From Eledone cirrhosa (taxonomy: Eukaryota): DNA of 64,000 nucleotides. Position 1 is the first letter of the stretch, and the number at the start of each line of letters is the position of its first letter. The stretch lies in NCBI GenBank assembly GCA_964016885.1, contig OZ024741.1:133982001-134046000 (forward strand), given 5' to 3'. Position numbers and translations under genes: made by a program. Below, piece after piece: positions 38,205 to 51,804 of this stretch. The notes under the pieces are model-generated. The model was given only the letters and a program-made list of their open reading frames with translations. It searched no databases and had not been told where the DNA came from.

Positions 38205-38283
38205 ATATATAGTAAATATATATATATATATAGTAATATATAGTAAATATATATATATAGTATATATATATATATATATATAT

Positions 38284-38880
38284 ATCATCATCATCATCAT
38301 CAACTTCGTTTAACATCCATCTTTCACGCTAGCATGGGTTAGACGGGAGTTGTCCCACTTGAGGCAAGGTTGGTCGGGTGACCGTGTCTCGCTCATATAG
38401 AACTATCTGGCAGGTTTTTTACGGCTGGATGCCCTTCCTAACACCAACCACATTTACAGTGTGGGGCTGGGAACTTTGTACCGTATTACCGACACATTAC
38501 AGCGTGGACTGTGTGTCTTTTTTGTTGTGACACCTACACGATCTCGATCTCATTATCTCATTTATTTGGACTGGATGTTGTGGTACCAACTTTACAGAGA
38601 GAGGGTGGTGTTGGTAGGAGTGGGAGGATAGGGTAGGAGTAGTGGATTGGGGTGTATATTTGGTTAAGAAGTGCCTACTGACTGTAGGTTTCACTTTGTA
38701 CATAGGCAAGGTGGGTCTTCTGTATTACTGCATAGTGCCAAAGATCTTGGTCCAGTGACATTGTCTTGGAGAGGTGCAAGTGTGTAAGGTCGGAATTTAT
38801 CAGATCGTCCCAGGTTTTTCTGGGTCTACCTACTCCGTAACTACCATCAATTTTGATCGCCCTGCACTTTTTTATACTTT
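38284..38880 (-). mobile_element. RTE LINE 3' end
   Basis: GRPRKTWDDLI C-terminus, 3' UTR shared with 25205-25600, (GAT)n tail. Confidence 0.85.
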
Positions 38881-39019
38881 CCCCTCCCCCAAAATTGCTG
38901 ACCTTGTGCAACCATTATTATTATTATTATTACTACTACCAGTAATACACTGGAATAATTGCTGGCCTTGTGCCAAAAGTAGAAACAATTATTATTACTA
39001 CTACTACTATATTTTAAAG

Positions 39020-39240
39020 GGATGCTGTGGGGTGGAGTGGCAGAATTGTTAGAGTATCAGGCAAAATTCTGTTTGATATTTAGGTTCTGAGTTCAAATCT
39101 TTACTGAAGTTAACTTTGCCTTTCATCCTTTCAAGAGAAGGGGGTTGATAAAACAAAGTACCAATAAAATATTGGGGTCAATTCCACCAGCTTTCCCCTC
39201 TCCCTAAATTGTTGGCCTTGCGCCCAAATTTGTACCAACG
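39020..39240 (+). mobile_element. SINE with cephalopod-type core
   Basis: gagtggcagaattgttagag A-box-like, ctgagttcaaatc B-box-like, aactttgcctttcatccttt core. Confidence 0.7.
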
Positions 39241-42200
39241 AAAACAACAACAATGACACCGATACCTGTAATAGCGACCTCAGCACCACCAGTAAGACCA
39301 GTAGCGGCAGCAATAGTGATGCTGCTGAAAAAGGGACCACTTCTTTTGCAGGTGTCGCCCGAAATATCGAGACAGTGTTAGTCACAGAGGAGGAGATGGC
39401 AGTCGCAAGGGCCATGGTGACAAGAAGCGCAAATAGCAAATAGAGTCTCCCTGAAACCTCCACCCGATTTTTTCAAGGACCAGCAACTACGTACGGTGAC
39501 TTACCGCACCGTAAGCAAAATCTCACATCGGGTGGAGAGAGCCACGGAGGCTCAAATCCAAAAGGCCTTGGGGTGCGTCTGGGCATGCAAAACCCACATC
39601 ACCCGAGGCAGAAAGTACGCCACAGTAGACGTACTTTTCGCCACCCCCCCAGGAAGCAAAGTCTCACTCTTTGGAAACCCTAAAGAGTAAGGAGATAGTC
39701 TTGGTGCCCTCCTACTACGGGCAGAAAATTGTGAGGGTCAAAGTAACCCAGGTCCCACCCAATGTGCCCATACCTTGGCTTGCCGTGTCTGTCCTTGCTG
39801 GAATCGAGAACAGGACGACCATGCTGCAAGTAGAAAAAATAGGGAGAGAGAACTGGTCAGGTATAGGCATGCAAATGCTTATACAAACTGACCAGGAATG
39901 TATCGACGCGATCCCCGATATCATAGACATCGAGGAAGGACTCCAACTCCCTATAAGTGTAGAAGGAAGACGGCCAAAATGTTATCTCTGTGGGTCGAAG
40001 GGTCACCTCAGGGCCTTTTTCCCGCAGAAGACAGCGAAGAAGGCCCCTCTCCTTCCAATACCTGGTCCGCTGCTACCAAGAGCAGGGCAGGCAACAAACG
40101 AAGAAGCCCCTTCCACGGTGAGTAGGAGGGCAACGTCCGTAGCAACCGTACCAAGGCCACGGACAACTAAAGCAGCATCATCAGTGGCGGCAACACCAAT
40201 AGCTACATTTGAAGTAGCTACACCAGCAACAAAATTGTCGAAGAGGGCTCCACTACCACCACCAACAGCCGTGAAGCACATACCCCTCCCAGACGCCACA
40301 GAATCCGACATGGAGTTTGAGGCGGGAGTGAAGTGGCAAACGGTCTGCCACAAAAAACAAAGAAGAAAAAAACCCTTTGATTCACCCTCCAAAAGCGAAG
40401 GCATACAAAGAGAGGTAAAGGCAGCAAGGAAACTTGCAGCAACACCACCACCATCACCACCACAAGCACCACTGACAACAACAACCACACCACCACCAGC
40501 ATCACCAAAAACACCAACAACGCAAACACAAGACACACACACCAAACAGCAACAAAATCACCCCTTCCCCCCAAAAAGTACACAGCCATAAACACGGCAA
40601 AAAAAGAACTCCTACAATATATAAAGCAGCACACAGACATCACAGAAAAAAACTACTACACTACACCAAGAACTCTCCCGACAAACATAAGCATCATTGA
40701 AATCTCAATAGAACTACAAATCCTTAAAACAAAAATTCCCCAATGCAGTTGGAGACTTCAGAGGGTCGGTTACCAAGAGGATATACACTGACATCCTCTT
40801 GGAAACACCCATGACCAGCGAAAGGGACGGTTCTACTGTCCCTTCACCACACGAACAAGGTAAGTGACCCTTTCTCACTTTCCCCGTTTCTCATCCAACA
40901 TGGCCATACTCAGAATAGGCAGTATAAATGCACGTGGCCTGAGGTCATCTTGGAAGCAGGGTCACCTGCTCAACGACCTCAGGTCACTAAACATAGATGT
41001 GGTGGCCATCAGTGAAACCAGAATCTCCGAAGCACGGGCCTTCACACCGATCTTTGGCGGCTACGATGTATACGCATCTCACAGCCGTCCAGGATCGGGG
41101 GGAGGGGTTGCCGTCCTTTTTCGGAGAGGCTTGGATCTCATGATACGGGCCATCTTCCTAGGCCCAGAAGGTAAGTCGGTGGTGCTGGACGTGACCGGCA
41201 GCGAAGGCAATGCTTTCAGGCTAGTAGCCATCTACACCCCAACAGGGGCAGGACGGCCAGATTTCTTCAGATGTCTAGAGACCTTTCTTGGAACGTCCCG
41301 CTCTTTAGTGTTAGTGGGCGACTGGAACGGTATCTTGGATGCACGCTGGGATCGTGTGGGGCTAGTGGATAGGGGAGGAGGGTGCAAGAGCCTCACCAAC
41401 CTGCTGAGACGTTTTGAACTGTCTGACAGGTATCGACTGGATCACCCGAATGTGCCAATGTGGACATGGACAAACCACATCGGGTCATCCAGATCGTATC
41501 TCAATAGGGTATTCTGCAGAGAACTAGATAAGGTTAGTATAAGTTGTCCACAATTTAAAATAGTCGACTACACAGACCGCAAATTTGTAATCTGTGAGAT
41601 CGACATAGACAGACTTCATAGACAAGGGCCTGGTTACTGGAAGCTGAACGCGTCATTCCCGGCGCGCAAGGCCTACAGAGACCGGATTAGCGTATTAGTT
41701 AAGCGGGCGTTGACGGGAGCGGTCGTCAACAACAGGTGGTGGTTCGCCCTGAAAAGGGCAATTAAAGTAGAGTCGATTAGGTTTAGCAAAGGAGTAGTGA
41801 TAGAGGAAAATAGAGTAGAGGGAGAGCTAGTCAGAAAGCTAGAAGAGGCATTTAGGACAGGCATCGCAACCGACGTGCTTGCGGCGAGGTGGCACTCGAC
41901 CAATTCTTCAACGCAAAACATGAAGGCTGCGTTGTCAGAGCTAGAGCGTGTGCTCTGAAACATGAGGGGACAAAAGCCGTCCAATGGCCCCAGGTGGCAG
42001 AGGCGCGACGTGGCAACAAAGCCACAATTCGGTCTTTGTCTGACCAGAACGGGTGCGTGATGCTCAAACCCGAGCGGATGTGTGAAGCTTTTCAGCAGCA
42101 CTTTGCTGAACTGTTCGGGAGCGGCGGCGGCCCGGATCGGGGCATGGACTTCAGTGCATACATCGACGGACAGCTTCGGCTCTCGACGACCACAGCACAG

Positions 42201-44602
42201 TGTTGCGAAAAGACAATAACAGCCGGTGAAATAAGGGAAGCGATGGCTAACCGCACAAGGGGTAAATCGCCAGGTTTGGTTGTTCTGCCCTACGAGCCTT
42301 ATGCATTTATGCCAGACTTGTTCGGTGACCTCCGGGCAGACGTCTACTGCAACTGGCAGCAGAACGGGAGCATTCCCAATTTTGTGAGCCGGGAAGCAGT
42401 GGCACTGCTGAGAAAAGACCCGAACAAGGGGGATGTTATCGATAATTTCAGGCCCATACACCTGCTAAATGCAGAGTTCAAGATTTTGGCCAAGGTGTTA
42501 GCAATGAGGTTGCCGCTTGTCATCAAGGGTCTGGTGGGAGAGGCGCAGACATGCGCCATTCCGGACAGATCCATACACGACAACCTCCACCTCATGCGAT
42601 ACATCATAGAGAAGGTGGTTAAGGAACCTGGCACGAGTGGAGCCCTGATCAACTTGGATCAATCCAAAGCATTCGATAGGGTCGACCATCGGTACCTGGC
42701 GGCGGTCCTCGAGGCAGCCAGTTTCGGACCCATTTTCAGGGGTTAAATCGCAACAATGTACAGCCACATCTGCTCAGTTGTGAGGGTGAACGGTCACCTG
42801 TCGCAGCCGTTCAGCATCATGCACTCAGTCTGCCAGGGTTTTTTCCCTCTCGTCCCTCTTGTACGTATTGGCTCTCGAGCCATTACTGCAAAAACTGGGG
42901 GCGATGAGGGGCATCCCACGTGGTGGTGTCGAGCACCAGCTGCGTCCAGATGCTCGGCACCGCTCTCAAGGAATACGAAGCGGTGACAGGAGCAAAGATA
43001 AACCAGGAAAAGTCGGTGAGCTTGCAGCACGGCACCTGGAGAGGCAAGTCCATGCCGTCCGACAGCGTCGTGGGACGTTGGACGGACGGACCGGTTAAAT
43101 TGCTCGGGGTCTGGTTCGGACCAGACCTCCAGATGGAGAAAAACTGGAACGAGGTGACGAGCAGGGTGGCCTCCCTCACCAAGAAATGGGCCAAGAGGAA
43201 GCTGTCCCTGAAAGGCCGGCGGAGGTGGCGAATGCGTACATCACATCCGTCATCTGCTACCACCTCACCGTCGTCCCTTGCCCCGACCCAACTCTCACCA
43301 AAATGGAGTGCCTCTTTTTCTGCTTTTTGTGGAAGGGACGCCCTCTCATGGTCAGATGATCCATCTGCTGTCAACACCCGTTGCGTGGAGGACTGGGCAT
43401 GCCATGGCTGATGAGGCGCAAACATGCACTGAGGCTGTGACATCTCCAATGCTTCCTTGATAGTGAACGGGTGTGGTCGCCGTTCACCAGGCACGTTTTC
43501 CCACAGCTCGTCTCCTTGATGGAGCTGCAGTCCTGGGTCAGAAAAAGACCGAGGGATAGCGCTTGGAAACTGGAATGTCTCCAGGCGCTCACTGCCCTCT
43601 GCCAGCTGGGCACCAGTATCGGTGGAACATCCACCTCGGCGTTCTATAGAGGACTAGTGGAGGGGAAGAGCGATGACATTCTCGGAGACATCCTGGGCGT
43701 CGAAGAAGATCAGCTGTTTGCTCTCTTCCAGAGAACTTTCAACCCAGGGCCTATGGATAACTTCCCAAAATCCCTGGCCTGGCAGTGCTACCGGGGAGCG
43801 CTGCCGGTTCGAGATAAGCTCTACAGGCATGGAAGTGCCGTCAGCCGAGCTTGTCCAAGATGCGCGCAGAGCGACGAAACCGTCGTGCACGCACTCGTTC
43901 AGTGCCTGAGCATTGCTGACTTGTGGAGCTATGTCGAACAGTTGCTGTCGCGTGTAGGACTGATCTAGTTATCGACTGATCCATTATGCAGATGGTCTCG
44001 CCGCATTCCTTCGAGGAGGAAGGGCAGGCGGTTTTCATCTACCTGGTGGCCATGGTGAAAGAGATTGTGTGGTGGACAAGGTTAAAAGGGTTAAAACAGA
44101 CACTTTCCTCTTCAGCGAATCCCTAATTAACTTTTTCAAGTTTCACTTGAAGAGGAAAATCAGTGTGGAGAGGCAAGTTTGTTGAAAGGTGAGTGAATGT
44201 AGCGAGAATGGTCCGAGTGAACGGGACCACTCTGAATATATGTCTGTAGTTTGAGAGATGGAAAAATTGAGAGAGGGCGCTTGCCCTGGTGGTCAGGGTG
44301 GCCGTGGTTTTTTGTGTGGTTTTCGCCACGAGTAACCCTCGGAGGTTTCCCCCCTGTTGGGGAATTTTCATTGCTTCAATTTTCATTTTTATTGTTTATA
44401 TATATATATATGTTTCTATGTCCTTTTTTTTTTCTTTTCTTATATAAATAATAAAAATATTTACACGCACAAAACCCACATCGTACCGTCCTGTACCGTC
44501 CTATGCCGTCTGTAATGTTTTTCTTGATGTCAGCCCTTATGGCCAATAAAGAAATCATTATTATTATTACTATTATTATTATTATAATTATTATTATTAT
44601 TA
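39241..44602 (+). mobile_element. Near full-length Tx1/L1-clade LINE (copy B): ORF1 with zinc knuckle, ORF2 APE-RT-zinc finger, disrupted
   Basis: ORF1 39671-40591 has VEGRRPKCYLCGSKGH and a Pro/Thr-rich tail; ORF2 from about 40900 has SINARGL, ISETR, VGDWNG, GPGYWKLN, KSPG, NFRPI.LLN, DQSKAFDRVDH, CPRC..ETVVHALVQC; AATAAA and (ATT)n tail. Confidence 0.93.
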
Positions 44603-44845
44603 CTCTACTTTCACAGTAGAGACTCTGATGGCTTCCTTCCATCCAAATATATGGTCCAAATGTTTTTGTTTCAACCCTGCCCCTTTTCTATTTAAATATA
44701 TATTTGGTGTGTGAAGAAGTTGTTACATTAACTCGTGTTTCATCATCCACACCTCTACTGCTGCTTGTGTTGTTCTTAGGTGAGAATCTAGTCCTATATC
44801 TTTGATCAATTATTCTGTGTGTGTATATATATATCTATGCACATA

Positions 44846-44886
<41 letters not shown>

Positions 44887-44949
44887 AACATCTATATCTT
44901 CTTTATTACTGGCGTCCCTTGTGATGTCTTTACAGTTTTTGTTGTTGTT

Positions 44950-45400
44950 TTAACTTTGATCACATCTGTTATGGCTCCAGATGTATCTCCAGCCACAAGT
45001 AGCCAGATAATGTAGACCTGCCTAGTTCTAACTGTTATCACATCTGTTAAGGCTCCAGATGTATTTCGAGCCACATGTAGCCAGATAATATAATAGACTT
45101 GCCTAGTCCTAGCTGTTATCACATCTGTTATGACTCCATTTTAACCACAGTTTACATGTCTGACAGATGACTTGATTTGAAACTGTGAGTTGAAACTAAA
45201 ACAATTACATCATGAAGGAGTTATTTTAGCTACAGTTGTACATGTCTGGCAGATGACTTGATCTGAGACTGTGTTGTAACTAGAACAATTACATCATGAA
45301 GGAGTTGTTTTAGTTACAGTTGTACATGTCTGATAGATGACTTGATCTGAGACTGTGTGTTGAAACTAAAACAATTACATCATGGTAGAGTCATTTTAGT
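44950..45400. repeat. Two adjacent short tandem arrays (about 80-bp and about 88-bp units)
   Basis: atcacatctgttatggctccagatgtat about 2.3 times; acagttgtacatgtctgacagatgacttgat..aacaattacatcatgaaggag 3 times. Confidence 0.8.
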
Positions 45401-45459
45401 CATTTATGAACTTACAAACAAATTTCTACATTCACATTTCATTTCTTTCTTTCGGGGAG

Positions 45460-45805
45460 TGGAGGTAGTATGGTTGAATGGTGAAAAAGGTCACTTCAAG
45501 GTCAGGAAATCCCTGTTTCAATCCTGGCACAGAGCATCTTGGTCAAGTGACATTTATGATATGTCTTGGGTTGACCCAAACCTTATGAATGAAACTGGGT
45601 AAACGAAAACTGTTTGGAAGCTCTTCAGATGGACTGTACCTGTAATTCAAAGGGGCAACCATGTCACACACTGTGTCATGCTGAATCTCCCTGAGACTTA
45701 TATTATGGGTACACGTGTCTGTGGAATTCTCAGCCACTGGCACATTAATTTCACAAGCTGGCTAGTCCATTGATTGAACATTCATAATTGAAACCAACAG
45801 AAGCT
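45460..45805 (+). mobile_element. tRNA-derived SINE (second family)
   Basis: tggttgaatggt A-box-like, gtttcaatcc B-box-like; body ctgtaattcaaagg..tgtcacacactgtgtc..gggtacacgtgtctgtggaat shared with 60700-61165. Confidence 0.65.
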
Positions 45806-46065
45806 AAATTCCATTCTATTTCTTTCATAGTGACACACTTTTCATGTCGTTCTTTACAACTTGGTCACTGACACAATTGTTCTGCAAGAGTTGTAGTTGG
45901 AATTGTGTCAGTGACCAGGTCACAGAGAGTGCCATGAAAATTTTGACATCATGAAATGTATGAAAAGTGAATATAACTTTTTTTTTTTTCTTCTTCATAT
46001 GACAGAAGGTTTTTAGATGAATATAAATATTTATTTAAAATATACAGCTTGGTTATCGTATGTGT

Positions 46066-48315
46066 GTAATGAAAGGGTTAATGACATAGGTAGTGTCTTT
46101 CATTAGAAATATAGTAATGAAAGGGTTAATGACATAGACAGTGTCTTTCATTAGAAATATGTTAATGAAAGGGTTAATAACATAGGTAGTGTCTTTCATT
46201 AGAAATATGTTAATGAAAGGGTTAATGACATAGACAGTGTCTTTCATTAGAAATATGTTAATGAAAGGGTTAATAACATCGGTAGTGTCTTTCATTAGAA
46301 ATATGTTAATGAAAGGGTTAATGACATAGACAGTGTCTTTCATTAGAAATATGGTAATGAAAGGGTTAATGACATAGACAGTGACCTCTGGTGTCACGCA
46401 GTAATACAGAGTACCCGACCTCCCATGGGTACAAGCTGAAGCATATAGACAATATGCCCCCACACCCTGCCACTGCAAGGTGGTCGTGGAGGTGCCACGG
46501 CAAAAATGCACCCAGCCCACACTGTAAAGTGGACGTGTAGGCGCCACGAAAAAGCACCCAGCACTCACTGTAAATGAGGTTGGTGTTAGGAAGGGCATCC
46601 AGCTGTAGAATTCAAACCAAATCAGTTCCTGTATGAGCAAGGCATGGTCAGCCGACCAGACACTGCCCACAACAGGACAACCCGTCTAACCCATGCTAGC
46701 GTGGAAGAACGGACGTAAAACGGTGATGATGATGATGATGACAGTGTCTCGTTAGAAATATGGTAATGAAAGGGTTAATGACATAGACAGTGTCTTTCAT
46801 TAGAAATATGGTAATGAAAGGGTTAATGACATAGACAGTGTCTTTCATTACAAATATGGTAATGAAAGGGTTAATGACATAGACAGTGTCTTTCATTAGA
46901 AATATGGTAATGAAAGGGTTAATGACATAGACAGTGTCTTTCATTAGAAATATGGTAATGAAAGGGTTAATGACATAGACAGTGTCTTTCATTAGAAATA
47001 TGGTAATGAAAGGGTTAATGACATAGACAGTGTCTTTCATTACAAATATGGTAATGAAAGGGTTAATGACATAGACAGTGTCTTTCATTAGAAATATGGT
47101 AATGAAAGGGTTAATGACATAGACAGTGTCTTTCATTACAAATATGGTAATGAAAGGGTTAATGACATAGACAGTGTCTTTCATTACAAATATGGTAATG
47201 AAAGGGTTAATGACATAGACAGTGTCTTTCATTACAAATATGGTAATGAAAGGGTTAATGACATAGACAGTGTCTTTCATTAGAAATATGGTAATGAAAG
47301 GGTTAATGACATAGACAGTGTCATTCATTACAAATATGGTAATGAAAGGGTTAATGACATAGACAGTGTCTTTCATTAGAAATATGGTAATGAAAGGGTT
47401 AATGACATAGACAGTGTCTTTCATTAGAAATATGGTAATGAAAGGGTTAATGACATAGACAGTGTCTTTCATTACAAATATGGTAATGAAAGGGTTAATG
47501 ACATAGACAGTGTCTTTCATTACAAATATGGTAATGAAAGGGTTAATGACATAGACAGTGTCTTTCATTAGAAATATGGTAATGAAAGGGTTAATGACAT
47601 AGACAGTGTCTTTCATTAGAAATATGGTAATGAAAGGGTTAATGACATAGACAGTGTCTTTCATTACAAATATGGTAATGAAAGGGTTAATGACATAGAC
47701 AGTGTCTTTCATTACAAATATGGTAATGAAAGGGTTAATGACATAGACAGTGTCTTTCATTAGAAATATGGTAATGAAAGGGTTAATGACATAGACAGTG
47801 TCTTTCATTACAAATATGGTAATGAAAGGGTTAATGACATAGACAGTGTCTTTCATTAGAAATATGGTAATGAAAGGGTTAATGACATAGACAGTGTCTT
47901 TCATTACAAATATGGTAATGAAAGGGTTAATGACATAGACAGTGTCTTTCATTAGAAATATGGTAATGAAAGGGTTAATGACATAGACAGTGTCTTTCAT
48001 TACAAATATGGTAATGAAAGGGTTAATGACATAGACAGTGTCTTTCATTACAAATATGGTAATGAAAGGGTTAATGACATAGACAGTGTCTTTCATTAGA
48101 AATATGGTAATGAAAGGGTTAATGACATAGACAGTGTCTTTCATTACAAATATGGTAATGAAAGGGTTAATGACATAGACAGTGTCTTTCATTAGAAATA
48201 TGGTAATGAAAGGGTTAATGACATAGACAGTGTCTTTCATTAGAAATATGGTAATGAAAGGGTTAATGACATAGGTAGTGTCTTTCATTAGAAATATGGT
48301 AATGAAAGGGTTAAA
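46066..48315. repeat. 48-bp minisatellite, about 6.5 plus about 32.5 units, interrupted by a LINE fragment
   Basis: Unit tta(g/c)aaatatggtaatgaaagggttaatgacatagacagtgtctttca. Confidence 0.97.
46385..46741 (+). mobile_element. RTE LINE 3'-end insertion inside the minisatellite
   Basis: Reverse complement of the 52061-52375 terminus; (GAT)n tail; gacagtg at both junctions. Confidence 0.85.
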
Positions 48316-49198
48316 TAGCTAAAGAGCTTACATCCATCAAGCTAACCCCAAGATTATCTTTTACAAAAGTAGTTCTTGTGTTTTTTTTTTGTTTGTCTTT
48401 GTTCCAGATATCTGTGTTGGGTCTGTTGTTGTTGTTGATGTTTAGTCATGCCCCCACCCCCCACTCAAAGCTGACACATTCACTCTGATTCAGTTGTTGT
48501 TGTTGATGTTAAGTCATGCCCCCCCCCCCATTCCATCTCCACTCCACCCCACATCCACTCAAAGTTGACGCAATCACTCTGATTCGGTAGACCTATGACC
48601 AAAGGCATTTCAAGCCAGCACCATACCGTCTTTTAATTTTAAACCAATTTATATCTCTAAAATTACATTATCTAATAATAATGATGGTAATGATAATAAT
48701 AGTGATGGTAATGATAATAATAGTGATGGTAATGATAATAATAGTGATGGTTAATAATGATGGTAATTGTTTCTTTATTAGCCACAAAGGGCCCATTCAT
48801 ACGATAAATATTGAAAAATATGCGAGTAGGCAGTTACTATATATATATATATATATATAAATGAAAAGTATAGAAATTATTGTAGCAAGAAGCCAACAGT
48901 ATTCCATAATATATAAGTGACTATAGCGTCAAAATGGGAAAATAGTTAACGTAAGATGTGGGAAAAATAATTCAAACTCAATTCAAAAAGAATCAGGTTA
49001 TAGATTTATCCAACAGAATTTAGTGAAATCCAGGGAAAAATCAATAGAGCCTTAACTCATGATAAAATAAAGTTTAAAATACTCATCCTTCAATTTGGAA
49101 CAACTACAACTACAACTACACACACACACACATATATATATATACATATATATACATACATACATACATACATACATACATACATACATACATACATA

Positions 49199-51675
49199 GA
49201 AAACACCAGGAAGACACATGATTGTCGGCTACTGGTACAAAAAACTAATATTCTATCGGAGGTGTCTTACTGACCTCTACCAACAAGTTCTTAAGGGAGA
49301 TACACTTATACCAGAATGGTTGACATTAGCACAAACGTTACTGGTCCCCAAGAACAAAGACACCCACTTGGCAAAAAGCTACCGACCATTGCATGCCAGA
49401 ACCTGATGTATAAGATGTATACAGCCTGCCTGAACCTATTCCTCCAAGATCACTGTGAAAATAATAACATCATCACAGATGAACAAGCAGCTGGAAAGAA
49501 AAGGGTTTGGGGATGTGCTGAACAACTCCTAATCAACAAAACTGCGATGTCGGAGGTGCGACAACTAAGGAGGAATATGACTACAGACTGGCTGGACTAC
49601 AGGAAAGCTTTCGATTCTGTTCCCCACTCTTGGATGATAGAGGCCCTCCAACTTGCTAAAGTCCCAGACATTATTGTCAGAGCCATAGAGAGGCTGTCTT
49701 CTTCTTGGGCTACTATCCTAAGGTTAAAGACAGAGAGGGAGGACTCTATTTTCACTGATAAAATAAAATATTGCAGGGGTATATTTCAGGGGGACAGTCT
49801 CTCTGTGATATTGTTCATCTTGTCATTAAATCCCTTGTCCTTTCTGCTCAAGAAATGTGAGGGATACATCATTGGCTCACAGGAGGACAGAAATACGAAC
49901 CTAACCCATAACTTCTTTGTGGACGATCTGAAACTCTATGCCAAGAACATGGATGGGATGAAGAAAAATCTTGACCTGGTTACAATGTTCTCAAAGGATA
50001 TAGGAATGGAGTTTGACCAAGATAAATGCTCATACATGACTGTAAAGCGGGGAAAAACAACAACCCAATCTAGCAACATTGTCATCAATGGCCTAACTGC
50101 TTCGCCGATATCTGATGAGGACTGCTACAGATACCTGGGGATAGATGAGAACATATCCTATAATGGTATCTGTAATAAAGAACGCGTAACCAGGGAATAC
50201 TACACCCGATTAAGAAAGATCTGGTCATCGGAACTCTCTGCGCAAAACAAAACAGTGGCTCACAATGTGTTTGCTGTGCCTGTCCTAACACCAACGTTTG
50301 GAATACTCAATTGGACGATAGACGAAATCCGAGCAGTTGATGTTGGAACTCGAAAAATACTGAACAACACCGGAAACTTCCACATCAACAGTGACATAGA
50401 CCGCCTTTACTTGAAACGTAAGCAGGGAGGCAGAGGCCTAACATCAGTCCAGACAACATTTGAATGTCGCATCATATCTCTCCGACAACATCTACGAACC
50501 TCGAAGCGTAGGAGCCCGCTTCTCGAGCAAGTCTATCTGCATGAAACAGATAAGATCATGAGAGTTGGGAAGGAACTCCTTGAGAGATATTCCCTGTTTG
50601 ATAATCAAAAACTCACACCCAGTGAATCCATCGCAGTGAATCCATGGATGAAAAACTGCATGCCTATCAGCAAAAAATCATGCATGGATATGTTGCCAGG
50701 AAGCTCCAGAGTGAGAGTAATATAGATAAGGAAAGTAGTCTATCTTGGACCAACAACCGCTATATTGGCTCCCACTTTGAAGGATACGCTTTTGCAATCC
50801 AAGAACAGGAGATTAGCACGAAATACCTGATTCACAAAAGAGATAGGGATGCAGGCAAAACACCTAGATGTGATAACAAGTGCAGACTCTGCAGAACAAA
50901 CATCGAGGATATCACCCATGTCATCAGCAGCTGCCCAAAGATGTCATCGCGGTACTATCTACCTATGAGGCATGATGTAGTGGCCAAAACACTGTACAAT
51001 GCAGTTCGTAAAAAAGATAGCCCCGATAACAAACACATTAAAAGCTACAATGTGGAAGACATCCATGTACATACTATGAAAGAGTACTGGTGGAATGTTC
51101 CAGTAAAAACCCCAATAAAGTGCAGGCATAACAGACCAGATATTATGATATGGGACAGGGAGAAGAAAACATGCACAGTAGTGGAAATTAGCTGCCCAGC
51201 AGATGCCAATATAATATCAAAGATTAGTGAAAAGGAGAATATTTATGCAGAACTGATGAGAAATCTGCAGATACTCCACCCTGATTACACCTTCAGATTT
51301 ATGCCTGTGATTATTGGGGCACTGGGATATGTTAGTAACTGCCTCAATACAAATCTTGAGAAGCTAGGCTTCACAGGAACAGAAAGAACACAACTAGTTA
51401 GGAAATTACAAGTACAATCCATTAATGGAACAGTTAAAATATGTAAAACATTCCAAAAATGTTGCATCTAATAACACTGCATATACACATGCACAGATAC
51501 AAAGCATATACACATGCACACATACAACTCAAAACACACATGCATGCATGCAGACATACATACATATCTACCTAGTTGATGTTGTGTAAATTCCAATGAG
51601 AGAGTCTTGTGTCTTTGTTAGAAACCGACTCTCTCTCTATTGGTAAAACTTTGTGAAATTATAAAACCAGAAGAA
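49199..51675 (+). mobile_element. 5'-truncated R4/Dong-like non-LTR retrotransposon (RT plus restriction-like endonuclease)
   Basis: WLDYRKAFDSVPH, GIFQGDSLS, FFVDDLKLY, YRYLG, GGRGL; CCHC motif CRLCRTNIEDITHVISSC, RHD, RPDIMIWD..VVEISCP nuclease; only about two frameshifts; (CATA)n on both sides. Confidence 0.92.
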
Positions 51676-51697
51676 CATACATACATACATATATGTA

Positions 51698-51804
<107 letters not shown>

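Noticed and set aside
46696-48288. 530-aa ORF of (MKDTVYVINPFITIFL/V)n
   Set aside because: Artefact of a stop-free 48-bp unit divisible by three; it runs into a LINE tail and has no unique domain.
46066-48315. CRISPR-like array
   Set aside because: No unique spacers, no cas genes, eukaryotic context.
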